Shown: positions 62,770 through 64,000 of the stretch, piece after piece
Position numbering within the stretch: the first letter of the stretch is position 1
How the letters are laid out: every line of letters begins with the position of its first letter
NCBI RefSeq assembly: GCF_004010195.1
Contig: NC_057717.1
Coordinates: forward strand, 100,081,185 to 100,145,184
Origin: Chiloscyllium plagiosum
Taxonomy: Eukaryota
DNA length: 64,000 nt
Reading direction: 5' to 3'
The notes under the pieces: model-generated
The model's input: only the letters and a program-made list of their open reading frames with translations
The model's database searches: none
Told to the model about the DNA's origin: nothing
Position numbers and translations under genes: made by a program

Positions 62770-63660
62770 TAATTGCTGTGGAGAATGTAATGGTGAGCTG
62801 CCTTCTTGAAATGCTATAGTCGATATGTTGGACTACAAGTACATTTCCACAACTTTGACCCAGCGACAGAGAAGGAACAAAGATTTAGATCCAAGTCGGG
62901 ATGTTGTATGACTTAGAGGTGCCCTTGACCCTCCAGATGGTAGGAGTCATGGATTTGGAAGATGCTGTCATTGAAGCATTGGTGAGTTACTACAGATACA
63001 CTGCTGCCCTCTGTGCATTGGTGCTGATAGGAATGGATAATGACCATGTTGGATGGGATGCCAGTCAAATAGGCTACTTTTTACTGGATGGTTTTGTATT
63101 TGTGTGTTGTTGAAGTTGCACACATCAAGGCAATTATGTTATCATACTCCTGATTTGTGCCTTGCAAATAGTGGACAATCTCTAGGGAGTTAGAAGTACC
63201 ACAGAACCTTTAGCCTGTGAGCTACTTTTGTAGCCACAGTGTTTATATGGCTGGTCCATTTCAGTTTCTGCTCAATAGTAACCTCCAGGATGTTGATCGT
63301 GGGGTAATTAGTGACATAGTGCCATTGAAGGTTATGGAAAAATAATTTGTTTCTCTGTTATTAGAGATGGTCATTGCCTGACATTTGTGTGTATGTTACT
63401 TGTCACTTACCACCTCAAGTCTGAATATTGTCCACATCTTGCTATATAGATTGACAGATGGCTTTAATATCTGAGGAGTCACGAATGGTGCAGAACAATA
63501 ATGGTTGCATAATGAGCATCCCCACTTCAGACCTTTCACGGAGGAAAGTTTATTCATGAAGCAGCTGAAGATGGTTGGACCTAGGGACACTACCCTGAGG
63601 AACCCTTGCAGAAATGATGGACTGAGATGAATAACACCCAATAATCGCTGCCATTGTAGG
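62770..63660 (-). mobile_element. Decayed CR1/L2-type LINE
   Basis: Minus-strand remnant QG..V..LGPTIFSCFMN.L of the RT domain (ORF 63396-63668) plus a 3' tail shared with 18390-18720 and 10920-11150. Confidence 0.65.
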
Positions 63661-64000
63661 TACTGCATAAGTTACAGATTTAGGTTTTAATGTCTAATTG
63701 GAGGCCAGTAGTGTCTCTGCTGGCTCAGAAATAATAGCGCTCAGTGCCATGCCCATTTTCTCCCCACACTACTTGCATTCTTCCTTTTCAGATAGTAATC
63801 CAATTCCCACCTGAATGTCTCAATTGAACTTGCCTCCATCATATTTTCAGGCAGTTAATTCCAGATTTGAATCACTCACTTAATGAAAAAGTATTGCTTG
63901 TCACTGGTGAGGTAATCTCTTTTTAGTAGTGATAATTGGTATTCTTTAACATATTACCCAAGACAGCTGGAGATGTGGAGTGGGTGGCACCGCTGCCTCA

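Overview
Vertebrate genomic DNA, almost certainly from a shark: HE1-type V-SINEs and abundant CR1 and Penelope remnants point to an elasmobranch. There are three spliced protein-coding genes, each reconstructed exon by exon with GT-AG junctions and continuous reading frames. They are an RNF11-like RING-H2 gene (+, 3 exons, 170 aa), TRIR/C19orf43 (-, 3 exons, 153 aa) and GET3/ASNA1 (+, 7 exons, 345 aa). TRIR and GET3 sit head-to-head on a ~0.7 kb CpG promoter. Introns and intergenic DNA are filled with SINEs, CR1/L2/Rex fragments, a decayed Gypsy element, a solo LTR and two Tigger-like MITEs. The most striking non-genic signal is a set of Penelope-derived elements, many of them short palindromes with 12-15 bp target-site duplications. 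They carry minimal type I hammerhead-ribozyme motifs whose stems covary across several subfamilies; the most complete copy is 54141-54176 on the minus strand. Also notable: the RNF11-like gene lacks the PPxY motif, looks like a whole-genome-duplication paralogue, and has a stacked uORF leader. Repeat family names and many repeat boundaries are by-eye recognition, not database results.
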